From NCBI GenBank assembly GCA_951406725.2, contig OX597834.1:45012001-45076000 (forward strand): DNA of 64,000 nucleotides, in the 5' to 3' direction. This document shows, one piece after another, positions 43,389 through 57,886 of the stretch (positions within the stretch are counted from its first letter, which is position 1; each line of letters opens with the position of its first letter). The translations under genes were made by a program, and so were the position numbers. This DNA comes from Octopus vulgaris. Lineage: Eukaryota. The notes below the pieces were generated by a model. It made no database searches. It saw only the letters and a program-made list of their open reading frames with translations, and was not told the DNA's origin.

Positions 43389-43769
43389 TTCTTACAATCT
43401 TATCGTCTTTCTTCCATATTCATCTGTTCTCTCTTTCACTCTCTCAATTACCTTTATTATCCATTATTTTAAAAACCAAAACCCCCCACATCCACCACAT
43501 CCACCACCACCACCGCCACCGACACCACCATCACAGCTACCATTCCTAACCATTCCCTATCATCATACGTCTCAATTTGTATCAAGAGATTTATCAGCTG
43601 CCGTAATAATGCCTCCAATCAGTTTATTTTCTAATCTGCGATATCATTGAAAACAGTCCGCCATTATCAAGCCTCGTTATTGACGACAGCCTTTGTTCTT
43701 CGCTTATTGTTATTCATTTTGTTACTATGTGTTATACACCCTTCATTGTTCTGTTGTTACTCATACTAC

Positions 43770-43929
43770 ACTTGTTGTTGTTGTTGTTGCTATCGTCATC
43801 ATCATCATCGTTGTCATCTTCATCACGCTTTTCATCATTACATCATCATTACATCACCATCACCACCACCATCATTATCATCATTATCATCATCATCATC
43901 ATTATTATTGATATTATTATTATTGTTAA

Positions 43930-44026
<97 letters not shown>

Positions 44027-44157
44027 GTTGTTGTTATTATTATTATTATTGAGGGAGCAGTGCATGCCATCAAAATGACACTGGGTTACAAATATACGAA
44101 GCCCAATACATCCATCATGACTACTCGTCTAATAAGTATTATTATTGTTGTTATTAA

Positions 44158-44200
<43 letters not shown>

Positions 44201-44360
44201 GATGAAAATAATATTGTCACATCTAAATTAGACAAAGGATCATTACCATGTTCATACTCGTCTACCACCCCGCTTTTAGCATCAACGCCATCGACATTAA
44301 CATCACGACCATACGCAACATCGTCGTCATTATCATCGTTGTGGTCGTCGTCTTCACCAC

Positions 44361-44412
<52 letters not shown>

Positions 44413-44413
44413 G

Positions 44414-44472
<59 letters not shown>

Positions 44473-45185
44473 GTCATCGTCATCAACATCATCATCATCA
44501 TCATCATCATCATCTTCATCATCGTCATCATCATCGTCATTATCGTCATCATTGGCGGTCGATATCTCCCTCTGTCCTCCACATCTCATCATATGTAATC
44601 CGCCACATAAATTTTAACCTGCCCTGATTCACCTCACTTCATTTGGGCACCTTATGGTAAATAAAAAACACCATCATCACCATCATCATCAAATGGAAAA
44701 CACCATCATCATCAGCATCTCTATCAATATCATCACCATCATCATCATCGCCATCGTCATCATCGTCGTCATCGTCGTTGTCATCACCAACAACATCATC
44801 ATCATCATCATCATCATCATCAGCTCCACCACCTCCACCAAATCCACCATCACCACCACCACCATCACCACCACCACCATCACCACCACCACCAGCAACA
44901 GCTTTATATTGTCAGAATTAAGATTATCCTCATCATCTGAAATTTTGCTCGTCGTCGCGTTTTTCCCGCGAGTCATCGTGTTCCTACCCACCACCACCAC
45001 CGTCACCATCACCATCATCCCAACGGCTAACACCACCACCACCACCACCGCCACCTCCAACATAACTTCCACCACTACTGCTACCATCACCACCATCATC
45101 ACTAACTACCACAACACCACCAACAACACCACCAACAACAGCAACAACAACACCAGAAGCGCCACCAACACCATCAACATTATCA
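43770..45185. repeat. Compound trinucleotide microsatellite region (TTA, CAT, CAC, AAC)
   Basis: Directly visible; source of the poly-I, poly-S, poly-D and poly-T ORFs. Confidence 0.93.
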
Positions 45186-45488
45186 ATATCTTCAGATTCG
45201 CTGGAGTCTTTGTTGTTGATCCTTTCGTCGAGAGTTATACAGCTTTTGTTTTTTTTTTTGCAGTTGTCATGGTTATTGTGGATTCATCCTACGGTTGGCT
45301 TTGTTTATAAACTTTCCGTTGTTCCTGTTGTTGCTGGCGGCGATGGCGGCAGGGGCATCGTGGGGAGTCGGTGGCGCTAGTGGTAGTGGCGATGGAATCG
45401 ATAGGATTTATTCAGGTATCCAAAATGTTTGCTGTTTACTTTTCCCTGTGGATGTTCTGCTGTGACATTTGAGGCAACAAAAAAAGGT

Positions 45489-46200
<712 letters not shown>

Positions 46201-46459
46201 TGCATTAAAACACACTGCATCGTCTGGGCGAGGAATGGAAACTACGCCGTGGCGATTGCGAGAGAGGTACACATGCTAGCATGTCACGTTTTTTCCATAT
46301 TTATCATATCCACACTTTTTATAATTCTCATAAGAACCTTCTTCCGTACTATAACAAATGTTGCCCTCTAAAATAAGACATCCAGTTTGCAAGCTTATGT
46401 TTCCAGTTGTCAACCTTTCCTATATTAAGTCGTATAAATCATATATAAACAAGATTTAC

Positions 46460-46621
46460 CTTTCCACAGTACGTAGGCAGTCTTTTTATTAATTCGAATT
46501 CTCGTGGCAGCCATTTTAAATCTGTGAGCGCTTATTTCCGTACTTTATATCCGACAGTTCCTTTGTGATGGATGTCAGGGTGTGTTCAACAAATATCAAG
46601 TTTTATACTAAAAACAGATAT
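46460..46621 (-). other. Candidate exon containing a start codon (MAATRIRINKKTAYVLWK)
   Basis: Acceptor GTTTATTTTCAG|, AAAATGG start context at 46514, donor AAG|GTAAAT. No homolog recognised. Confidence 0.3.
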
Positions 46622-46978
46622 CTGAAAATAAACAGCAGAATAAGGATGAGAAGACATGAAAACGAAAGTTCGGAGTAAGAAATTCAATGTTTGAAGAGAA
46701 GAGAGACGGAGAAAAAGAGAGATAATCCCTGTCGTTTTGTGCACCGTATTCTTAGTTGGGAGAATGGTAGAATAATCCACGATAATACTATGATATATCG
46801 TATATGTGTATATAGATGTATATGTGTGTGCGTGTGTATGTGCTTGTGTGTGTTTCAGTGTGTTTTTTTTTTTGTCTGTATGTCTGTCTTTGTCGGTGTG
46901 TGTGTATAAATATACATACTATACATACGGACTACACCTGTTCTTATAATCAGGTAGAGACATATATAAACATATATA

Positions 46979-47014
<36 letters not shown>

Positions 47015-47183
47015 CATACATATATACGTGCACAAACACACACACACACACATATATATATATAATATCTACACCCACCAATGTATGTGGTTGCTTGTAC
47101 ACTTAGGTATGCAAATATTTTCTAAAAATTTGTAGACAGAAATCCGCAAGTGTATCTTTGTGTGTGTGTATATACATATGTAT

Positions 47184-47221
<38 letters not shown>

Positions 47222-48219
47222 GTACATATGTATATGTATATAATTATATATGTGTGTGTGTGTGTGTGTCTGTATATACATATATAACAGGGGTGTGGGC
47301 AATGTGAACATAAAAGTTTTAGAGTGTAACTAAATGTTAAAGTTCCTTGTCAGATTCTCTGAGCTTCTTCCGCAAGAGTATGTGTAGAAGTATGTGTTAT
47401 GTTCTCATTCCATTCACTGGCAGGAGCAGAAACACGCACACAAGTGATCACATAAACACATACACACACGCACGCACAGCTAAAGACGCACACACACAAC
47501 TAAACACACACATATACACATTACTACTCTCATACGACAACACTTACACACACGAGCTACCACCGAATTATATTTCGTCACAAGTTTTTTGATTTACTCT
47601 AGGTTTACTATCAAGGCAAAAACAGAATTCGGTGCTGGTTAAATCGTAGAAATTATCCGATTCTCACTAATAACTCCTGAGAGTTTCCTGAAGTATGACA
47701 AGGCGCCGAATCCTGTTACTACAAATACGGCTTTCGAGTGGCAACCCTCTCCAACCAATGATTGATCAACAGCTTCGCGTAACTGTCTGATTTGAGCCTA
47801 AGACCTTGATCGAAAATGTGTTGCATTAGATCACCCTCAGGAGAGAGACTCACAAGAATTATTACCCATTCGGGGAACTTGGTTTTTATAAAAAGTGGTA
47901 AATCACATGAATTGTAGTCAGACCGCCTGTGTTTTAGGGTTTTGTACGACTGGCCTTGTCAGAAGTTATTTTCCTCGAAAGCGTATCAAATAATGCCCAG
48001 CTCAGCAGAATGCCATATCTCGTTAATGAGCTATTTTGCCTTCATCAAGAATCAACTTCTTGGCCTTGGGTGTGAGGGGGTGCCCCTTGCACCTCTTCTA
48101 AAACTAGTAGCGAAGGACCTCAATCAGGTATAGCTTCATCCATATCCCTTACCTAAGCCCTCCTTTCTTTGCGTCGATCTCCAATCCCCTTATCCTCGAT
48201 TTGGAGGATGAATTCCAGT

Positions 48220-48480
48220 GTTCTAATTGCGTCCACACAGCTGCTCTGTCCCTGCCGGTAACAGCTTCGGCACCTCCCTTGCAAATGTCTATGCCATGTC
48301 TTACAGCCTTTACAGTTGTCAAAGATCATTGAGCCACAGTTTCGATTCAAGCATTTTGATACCCAACAAGACTCGTCATCTTACACCTGTAATCTTTCCC
48401 AGGATTCAAAGGGTTTATCATCCTTTATGTCGGCTAAGTCTCAACAGTACACGTTACAATGCCGTTGACTGTTCACCAAA
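48220..48480 (-). mobile_element. Possible highly decayed RTE LINE 3' fragment
   Basis: Minus-strand peptides ILGKITGVR...WLNDL and ...RDRAAVW resemble the RTE C-terminus. A similarly weak remnant lies at ~38760-38900 (-). Confidence 0.3.
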
Positions 48481-48832
48481 ACATCAAGCTCTTCCTAAGA
48501 GAAGAGAAGCAGAAGTCGTTAAATTTACCTCGTTCTACTCTGTATATGTCAATAAACTGTATATACATACATGCATACTTACATGCATATGTATACATAT
48601 ATATACGTGCATACACACACACACGCTCAAACACACATGCATCCGCACATACACCCACGCACATTTACATGCATATCGATATATATAGTTTTTGCAGAAT
48701 ATATATAGATAGCTACGTAGATATGTGCATATAATGTATATATGTCGAAGGTATATACCATAGTGTATTTATGTGTGTGTATTGTATCAATAAATAAATA
48801 TATATAAATCTATATATATGTGTGTATATATC

Positions 48833-48897
<65 letters not shown>

Positions 48898-48898
48898 T

Positions 48899-48930
<32 letters not shown>

Positions 48931-48936
48931 GAGATG

Positions 48937-48974
<38 letters not shown>

Positions 48975-49095
48975 GATGTGTATATATATATATATATAAA
49001 TACACGCACACACACATTTACATATATATGTATGGTATACATATACGTACATATGTATGTAGATATTTGTGAGGAGTGTGTGGGTGTGTTTGAGC

Positions 49096-49130
<35 letters not shown>

Positions 49131-49553
49131 TGTGTGTGTGTGTATGTGTGTATGTGTACACATGTGTTCGTGCATTTCAAAATCTTGAACAGTTCTTGTT
49201 TAACTTCAAAACAAAGGTCAGAACCATAAAAATTATCAGAAAAATCTCTCAACAGATTCTTCTGATAATTCGAGTTCAACGCGAATTATGTTGGCAGAAA
49301 GATTAATGAGCTGATTGGTTTGAATGTCGAGGAATGTGAAAGCTAGTGAAACTGTTCATCGAGCTTTTAAATTTTCTCCTTGCCTTAGTTTGTTGAACAA
49401 CGTTTTTGCGCCGACCAGACAGAAGCAAGTGCAACATTTCGTTAGAGCATTGTTTAAAATATTTGGCAAAATGTGTTCCAATTCGCTGCGTTCTGAGTTC
49501 CAATTCCAACCACACCACTCTTTTTCTGTCGTCGTCTGGTTTTGTAAAATTAA

Positions 49554-49943
49554 TCTCTCTATATATAAAGCTGAAGTTGTCTGTGTATGGCAGGTTTCGT
49601 AACCTTCAACTAACAGTATCTCCTCCGAAACCCTGCAGCGCAAGTTGACCAAAATTGAGAGTATGATAGAAAAAGGCTTGTTCTTCCTTCCGTAGACAAT
49701 AAAATTCAAATCGGACCATGTTAACACCAAAAATTATTTACATCAGAAAGGTGCTTTTTTCTATGAAAGTCCCTACTTTTTACGCTGTTTTTACTGTTGT
49801 GTTGCCATTTTCGGTGTATCTCAACCAGAAAAATGTTCACTTAAAGAGAATAACAAGCTACATAATGCAATTCTTTTACTTTTAAAAAATTCCAATTCTA
49901 AAGAGTCGAAACAAACCCGAGCAACGCCGGGCGATACTGCTAA
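49554..49943 (+). mobile_element. Non-autonomous Helitron
   Basis: A|TC 5' end (TCTCTCTATATATAAAG), subterminal hairpin CCCGAGCAACGCCGGG (49916-49931), CTAA|T (CTRR) 3' end, no TSD. Confidence 0.8.
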
Positions 49944-50159
49944 TATGAAATAAAATAAAATAAAATAAAAAAACAATCTGGTTCGGTGGATTTCAGGAAT
50001 TCCATGAAATAGCGACCAGATATCAAGATGTCTGCTGATTTTGAATCTGAGTCTTTACATTTTGTGTTCAAATCCCATTATCGACAAATCAGATCGTAGA
50101 ATTAATCGTTTTCCTTCTTATTATCACCACCAGATATCTGGAGATACATTCAGCAGAAT

Positions 50160-50620
50160 TTAATACGTTGCAAGAATTTGCGCCATGCCTCCTGCAAGAA
50201 GATACGTGCCTCGTGCCTTCCGGTGTGTCTCGAAGGTCCTTGTAACCTTCCATGCGGACTGCTTTCGTTTGTGATTATAAAGGAAGAAACAAATCAGCCA
50301 TTTAATAATATTTAATTCCCTCAGATACAGTTGTTTTATCGATCTTTTTTTTTCCTGACACCCTTTCACAGTTCGGTAAAAATTGCGTTAAGTGAAATAT
50401 TTTGCACTATTTTGGTAAATTATTTGTCTTATTCTACAAGTTAAGCAAAAGCTGCCTAACATCCTTGACTCACGTCCAGTATCCGCGGTTCTACATCAAC
50501 CAAGACGAAGCAGAAGCTTCAGTTAAGGAGTTCTTCACCTTGAAGACCAGAACTGGTACCAGAGTGAGATTAGAGAACTGGCAGAAAGGTGGCTTCTCAC
50601 AATATAACATCTTTGAATGC
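50160..50620. mobile_element. Mariner transposase fragments (N-terminal on -, C-terminal on +)
   Basis: Minus: FFLYNHKRKQSAWKVTRTF (like IFLYEFKxGxxAxxTxR). Plus: VKEFFTLK/NWYQSEIRELAERWLLTI (mariner C-terminus). Confidence 0.55.
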
Positions 50621-50669
50621 TAGGCCATTTTTTTGTGTATTTTCACAAGGCATGCAGCTTCGGGAAAGT

Positions 50670-50845
50670 GGCTATGTCGCTTACATCGACCCCCAATGCT
50701 CAGCTGATATTTATTTTATTGACCACGAAAGGATAGAAGTCAAATTCGAACTCGGCGAAATTTGAAATCAGAACTTAACGACGGACGAAATGCCTTTAGG
50801 CATTTTTCCCGGTGTGCTAAGAATTCTGCCAGTTCGCCGCCTTAA
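50670..50845 (-). mobile_element. SINE family A, diverged
   Basis: TACATCGACCCC...CTCGGCGAAATTTGAAATCAGAAC...CTGCCAGTTCGCCGCCTT. Confidence 0.8.
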
Positions 50846-51535
50846 AATTTACCAAAAATACTTGCAGTCGTTGTATGGCAGACTAGTTAGGGTATCGGAA
50901 TTGTGGCACTTCTTCCGAAACTCAACATTCTGTGTCCGAATTCTGTCGTAGCTTACTAAACTACAGTACTTAATCCGGCTTCTAATCTAACCTCAACACT
51001 TGTATCTACGATTCCTGAAATGGAGTCCACCCTGTTGTGAGCATTCCGCGTGTGTATCCCAGTTTGAGAATACCTTCTTGCTATTGAGATGTACTTATAT
51101 AACAAATGATTTGCTCTTGGATCGTGAGCAGAAACTAAAACTATTGTAATACTGAAAGCATAAGTTAGTCGTTCAGAATCACTTAAGAACGGCATCTTAA
51201 ACATTTTTTATGTGTTGTCAAAAATTTCGTTGCTCATAACTGCGTCACTAATTTGATCGGATGCCATTCAGTTTACGGCATTAGTAGGGCATGTCTTCAG
51301 GGTTTTAATGATTCAATTTTATTTCAATATGTCATTAAAGCCATGTGCATATTTTAGTGATCGATCTTGGTGAACAAATAATTTACGGTGGCATGAACAA
51401 GTGAACGCCGATTCTCCAGCACCGAGGCACAACCATAGTGACATACACAGAGACACAGGGACACAAGATGGCCACAGCCACAGGCAGAAACTCACGCATT
51501 TATGTACATAATGCATGTGTGTGTATGTGTGTGTG

Positions 51536-51570
<35 letters not shown>

Positions 51571-51694
51571 AAAGAGAGAATGACAGAAACCATATGAGGG
51601 GATTATATTTAATTTGTTGAATCGCTGCATATCTTCAGATGCTGCAAGCCTGGTGCTCGTTACAAGAACATGGTTTTACATTTTACGTGTTTTG

Positions 51695-51745
<51 letters not shown>

Positions 51746-52448
51746 CATACATATATATATATGTGTGTGTGTGTATATTTATATATATATATATATGTAT
51801 ATATATTTATATATATGTATATATATGCGTATATATATATATATATATACACGCAATTGAGAGAGGGCTTCCAACAGTCTCCGAGGAGAAATAATAGGTT
51901 CCTGGACTATATGAGAGAACATTTAAATGACTTGCGTCAGATGTGAACGCGAAGTCAGGTGACTGCAAAGAGGAAGTCTAAAGCTACACATCCATGCTTG
52001 CTTTGTTAAATATTTCTGCTAAAAACATCTATGATGAGCCAAAGATTTTCTGATAAAATGTAATTTAGAATGATCTGACCTTCCTTTTGAAGATAGATTG
52101 TGAAGGTTCAAGATATTCAAGAGTACAGCAATATAGACACAACTGTCCATTTTGGTCTTTTCATGTTTCTTTTTATAATTTTGCTGTCTTTTGATATGCG
52201 ATTTTTTTTCTTTATATTTCAAGCTAGACTGAACGTTTGTTATTACATACGTCGAATCTGTTGCATTATAGAACATAAGAAGAGAAAATGAATAAATATA
52301 TAAATAAAGCAACAAAACAACAACGCCTAATATGAAACACAGCATACAGTAAACAAGGAATACCTTTTATACAATGGTAACAGGTACAGATACGTACGTG
52401 AGTGGGTGTTTATGAGCGGAAATGTATGTATGTATATTTGTGAGGTTG

Positions 52449-52508
<60 letters not shown>

Positions 52509-52543
52509 TATATACACGTATATATACATATATAAATATATAC

Positions 52544-52582
<39 letters not shown>

Positions 52583-52746
52583 TAAATATATATATTATGT
52601 ACATATACGCATATACATATATATATATATATATATATATTTATGTATGTGTGTGTGTATAGGGCGATTATAAGAAAATAAGTTATAGGCATGCAAATAA
52701 ATACATTAAAATGTGTTTTTAATATATATATGTATATATATATATA

Positions 52747-52818
<72 letters not shown>

Positions 52819-53511
52819 GACACACAATCAGTCGTATTCAAATGAATGCTTTCACGTGTATGTGCGTCTGTGATTATGTGTGCGTGTGTGCGTGTGTGCG
52901 TGTGCTGACATATATTTTCCTATTTGTTTATCCGTATGTACGTATACATATATAAATGATTATACCTACATACATACATACATACCTACACACATACATA
53001 TATACATACACACATATACACATATGTAAAAAGGGGTAATAATAAGTAATACATGCTACGTATTGGTGATTCTTGACAAATTGCCAAAACAAACAACTAT
53101 CTAGATATATTTAAAAAGAAAAATGGCAAACAATTATTTACTAGATAAGACCAATGAATTCAATATAAAATAGAGACCCCCCCCCCCGCCACATCAAACA
53201 AACAAATACACATAGAAACAAAGAAACAAATAAAGAACCACATAAGTGGAATACTAAGCAATCGAGAACATCAACGTTCGATCAGGTTTTCTAAAGCCTT
53301 TGTGTAATCGATTCTCCTATACATATTCGAAATTCATGAAGAAGAATCGATTGAAAATATCGATGGTAGGTCGATGGCGGAGAGAAAAATAGATAAAAGA
53401 AACAAAAAAAATTCGTTGGAAGAAATACGAAAGTGAATACATTCGATAGGTGTAGATGATAGATATGTTATCACATAATACGAAAGACTATGATGTTGGT
53501 GATGATGATCT

Positions 53512-53584
53512 CAATGATAATAATGATGATGATAATAATAATAATAATAATAATAATGATGATAATAATAATAATAACAACAAC

Positions 53585-53665
<81 letters not shown>
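53512..53665. repeat. (AAT)n microsatellite
   Basis: Directly visible. Confidence 0.95.
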
Positions 53666-53850
53666 TTATTTCTTTAGTGCCCACAGGATAAACAAGGACA
53701 GACAAAGGTATTAAGTCAATTACATCGACACCAGTTGCCTTTCATCCTTTCGGGGTCGATAAATTAAGTACCAGCTTACGCACTGGGGTCGATGTAATCG
53801 ACTTAATACCTTTGTCTGTACTTGTGTGTCCCCTCTGTGTTTAGCCCCTC
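53666..53850. mobile_element. Inverted pair of SINE family A 3' segments (foldback)
   Basis: Arms 53692-53735 and 53782-53825 are reverse complements at 41 of 44 positions. Confidence 0.85.
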
Positions 53851-54118
53851 AGATGGTGGTGGTGCTATCGCTGTCCTGTTGTTGTTGTTGTTGTTTTATT
53901 GGAACTGTTGCCATTGCTATTTTTGTGTCTCATAAATTTGGCGGGAAAATTTCTCGTAGAGATACAACTTCGCCTTCAAAATCTCCTCCCTTCATGGTAC
54001 AACGATGATGATGACGCCATATTCAATTGGTTATCATACCGGACGGAAAAATGCTTAACGGAATATCGTCTGTCTTTTCCATCTGAGTTCAAATTCCGCC
54101 GAGGCCGACTTTGCCATC

Positions 54119-54542
54119 GATATAAACATTATGGTGGAACAGTACCAAGAACGCTGGGATTTCCACATGATGTCTGATTGCTGTTGGGGCTTGAAAAGAG
54201 ACATGACATCAACAAGCCAAAACGCGAGAAAGTCTTCTAAAAGAAAATTTTTGCTGGAATGAAAGCTTCATGTCACTTTATTATTTTGTTTTATTTTAAA
54301 CCATTTCTATCATTATAATGTAATTTTACAGTTGTTTAAACTGCCTCTATTCATAAAACTTCAAAATAAATTTGAACCCATGACTGAATTTTTTATTCCA
54401 AAGTTGAAATATCTGGAAAATGGCTGTTGACAGGAATCAGAACCTAACAGAGCCAAACCGAACCAAAATTCTTATTTAAAGCACTCAAACTATTAAGAAT
54501 CAAGTGTCATATATTATTAAGTAAACTATGTGTTCCCCTGTG
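54119..54542 (+). mobile_element. Chapaev3-like (CMC) DNA transposon 3' end
   Basis: DINIMVEQYQERWDFHMMSDCCWGLKRD matches the DIxxMExRYQGRWxxxMMADYCWxLKRD C-terminus; the element ends ...GTTCCCCTGTG. A family A SINE head lies just upstream (54020-54115). Confidence 0.7.
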
Positions 54543-54779
54543 CAATATAAACAACAATGTAGTAATGAGATCAATTAACTTGACAAACCCCATCCCCCAA
54601 ATTTCTGGCCTTGTGTCTATAGAGGGAAGGATATTTATTATCATTGACTGAGAAATAAGCACACGCTATCAAAGTAGCACTGGGGTACATATACATATAC
54701 AAAGCCTACAATATCCGTACGATAAGGGTACACCTGGAACTTGCATGACAGCCATAAGAGAGCGACAAAGTGATCTCAA

Positions 54780-55112
54780 AAATAGGTGAACAGCGTATGA
54801 CCGTGCAGGTGGGGTCCAGTTAGTGATATTTTCAGGCTGAACAAACCACCCACGTTTTGTAGGGAACGAATTATTCAAATTCCAGCGAATCCTTTTCAGC
54901 ATATGACTATGGTTCTGCTCGTGATAAGAGATGGAGATATCGTCAGTCACTAAGGGACTTGCTCAACACGTTAAGATCAAATAACTGACGGTCAGATTTG
55001 CGGTTTTTGAGCAGAATATATTTTCAGTAGGCCATGTTATACATCAACACAAAACATGTACATGATAACACTTCCAATCAGTTAAGATCGCAGGCAGTGA
55101 GAGCCAAGGCAT
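54780..55112. mobile_element. Probable interspersed repeat, family unassigned
   Basis: Resembles, from recall only, an abundant Octopus repeat (...GTACATGATAACACTTCCAATCAGTTAAGATC...). No second copy in this window. Confidence 0.3.
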
Positions 55113-55129
55113 TATTATTATCATTAAAG

Positions 55130-55345
55130 AAAGCGGCGAGCTGGAAGAATCGTTAGCACGCCGGGTGACATGCTTTGCGCTACTTTACCTATCTGCACGT
55201 TCTGAGTTCGAATGCCGCCGAGGTCGATTATACCTTTTATCCTTTCGCGATCGATAAATTAAGTACCAGTGAAACATTGGGATCGACGTAATTGATTGGT
55301 CCCCTCTCTGAAAATTTCCGGCCTGTACCTTTATTAGACAGAATT
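55130..55345 (+). mobile_element. SINE family A, older subfamily
   Basis: AGCGGCGAGCTGGAAGAATCGTTAGCACGCCGG...GAGTTCGAATGCCGCCGAGGTCG. Confidence 0.82.
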
Positions 55346-55537
55346 ATTGTTATTATTGTTTTCTCATACTATAAGTGCAATCGCAGTAGTGTGGTTAGAA
55401 ACTTTTCACAAAAACGTGTATCCTAGTTCATTCCTACTTCTGGGCAGTTTTAGAAAACACGTTCTTATAGTCCTAAAACGACAAACTGTCTGTGAATTGC
55501 TGTGGTAGACGTGAAAGCAAGACAGCCCCTTGATAAT

Positions 55538-55584
<47 letters not shown>

Positions 55585-55679
55585 TGCAATATTCCACAAC
55601 ACTACATTTACATCTGATGAAGAGGACTGCTTCACCGACCTGGGCCGCCCACCATGCCACTGAACGCCTGCTCCTGGCA

Positions 55680-56140
55680 ATTACCAAGCGGTCTATCATT
55701 TTCCAGCAGCTGCCAACATGTTGTGAAGAGGTTAAACTTTCGCAGGCGTCCCACCATTTTATCATCTCGCCTGCCGATGTCTTCGATGTCTCCGCCGCCC
55801 TCCAGCTGCAAGACAGTTCCTTCTATTGCCCTCTGCCCTCCAAACCCCACGTTTAACTACCAACAGGCTGTGTCCTCCACCATCCATCACCTCATCTCCT
55901 CTTCCTGTCTCCCACCCATCGCATCCAAGCTCATTATCTGCACTCCACGTATCCCCGCCATTTACTTCTTTCCCCGAATCGAAAAGCCCAGGACACCTGG
56001 CCGCCCCAGCGTCTCCCTCTGTAACTGCCCCACGGAATTGATCTCAAAATACCTCCACTGTGTACTTGTCCCTATAGTGGCTTCGCTTTCCTCCCACATC
56101 CTCTATACTATCAATGCTCACCGTCTCTTCAGGGTCTTTC
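55680..56140 (+). mobile_element. Penelope-like element reverse transcriptase N-terminal fragment
   Basis: IISPAD..LQDSSFY..YQQAVSSTI..PRIPAIYFFPRIEKPRTPGRPSVSLCNCPTELISKYL, corresponding to the PLE motifs KPADKG, LPKIHK, GRPIVS and CPTE. Confidence 0.82.
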
Positions 56141-56281
56141 GGGTGTCATCACACGAAAGCAAAATCAATTGAAAGCGCGTTCCATTTAGCGATGTATAAC
56201 AATATTTGAGAGTCTAGTCGATCACAGGGTCACGTGGTATATGCATAGCTCTATATATGCATATATATATCTATATATCTA

Positions 56282-56314
<33 letters not shown>

Positions 56315-56341
56315 CTATCTCTCTCTGTCTCTGTCTCTGTA

Positions 56342-56402
<61 letters not shown>

Positions 56403-56403
<1 letters not shown>

Positions 56404-56745
56404 TGGAGCACCGCCTTTAGTCGAAACAAATCAACGCCAGGACATTTTTAGGAGCCTAGTACTTATTCTATCGAGCTATCTTGCCGAACCGCTAAGGTAC
56501 GGGAATCTAAATACACCGAATCGTTTGTCAAGCGATGTTGAGTAAAACACAGACACACAGACAAACACAAACACACACACGCACACACACACATATATAT
56601 ATGTTTCCGCTTACTAAATCCGCCCACAATGCATTGGTCGGCCCGAGGCTCTAGTCGAAGACACTTGCCCAAGATACCACGCAGTGCGACTGAACACGGA
56701 GTCATCTAGTTGGGAAACAAGCTTATTGGCACACAGTCACGCTGC
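56403..56745 (-). mobile_element. SINE family B, near full length
   Basis: CTGGAGCACCGCCTTTAGTCG...GACACTTGCCCAAGATACCACGCAGTG. Another old 3' half lies on + at ~56800-56990. Confidence 0.85.
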
Positions 56746-57598
56746 GCCTATATATGTGTTTGTGTATATGTGTGCTCGGGGGCGTCTGGGTGTGTATGCG
56801 TTGCTTTACTTATGTCCTCCTAACATAGCGGTTCGTGAAAGGAAAGCGATGGGTTAAATACGAAGCTTAAGTACCAATAAGTTCCAGTTTTTAAAACTTT
56901 AATTATTAGGATCGATATGTTTTATTAAAACCCTTTCATGCGGTGCCCCCAGCATAGATGCGATCCAATAACTGAAGCTCACAGAAGATAATAAGATTAA
57001 AAATCTAAATATTACCATTATTAGAAAAATTTATATTCCAAACAACATGAACGAAAATAAGGTTTTTATCAAAATTTTAAACTGAAAAAAGCGACAAAAA
57101 CTAGAGAAATATTTAAAAGATGGAAGAAAGTGACATCAGCTGGTGTATAATTTTGACAAATAAAATAATCAATACGAGTAGATATGAAAGGGGATTCGCA
57201 AACAAACAAGGAATCGATAATAATTTTGCATAGGCGCGTATTAATGTGTGTCTGTTCGAGTCTCTGTATGTATGTGTGAGCGCACCTATATATATATGTA
57301 TATATATATATAAGATTATAGAGACAAAGAATGAGTGAGAGAGAGAGAGAGAGAGAGAGAAAAAGAAAGAGAGAGAGAGAGAGACTAAAATATGTGTGGA
57401 TATAGGTGAATTTGTTTGTTTTTATATGACTACAAATACACACACACGCATGAATAATTATATATATACACAGATATATATATGTGTGTGCGTGTAATAT
57501 ACATGCATATAAATACATATATAAATATGTACATATATATACATACACACACACACACAAGCACGCACATACACACATCTGTATATATATATTAACGA

Positions 57599-57663
<65 letters not shown>

Positions 57664-57853
57664 TATTCACTAATATACAGACTGCAGTATATTTATATCG
57701 AACCGAACTAGTAGCATTAAATTGAAAACTATGAAATTGTATGTATTTAAGCAAACATAATTAAATACATACATACGTGTGTGAATATATATGTACAAGT
57801 ACGTGTGTACGTATGTATATTTGTATGAATGTAGGTATAAATTATATTCATAG

Positions 57854-57886
<33 letters not shown>

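Noticed and set aside
42170-43650. Overlapping hydrophobic ORFs resembling membrane proteins
   Set aside because: Artefact of the C/T-rich strand, which rarely produces stop codons.
43647-45310. Longest ORFs in the window (296 aa, 218 aa, poly-Asp 168 aa), which could be taken for acidic or mucin-like proteins
   Set aside because: They are entirely compound (TTA)/(CAT)/(CAC) repeats open in several frames on both strands.
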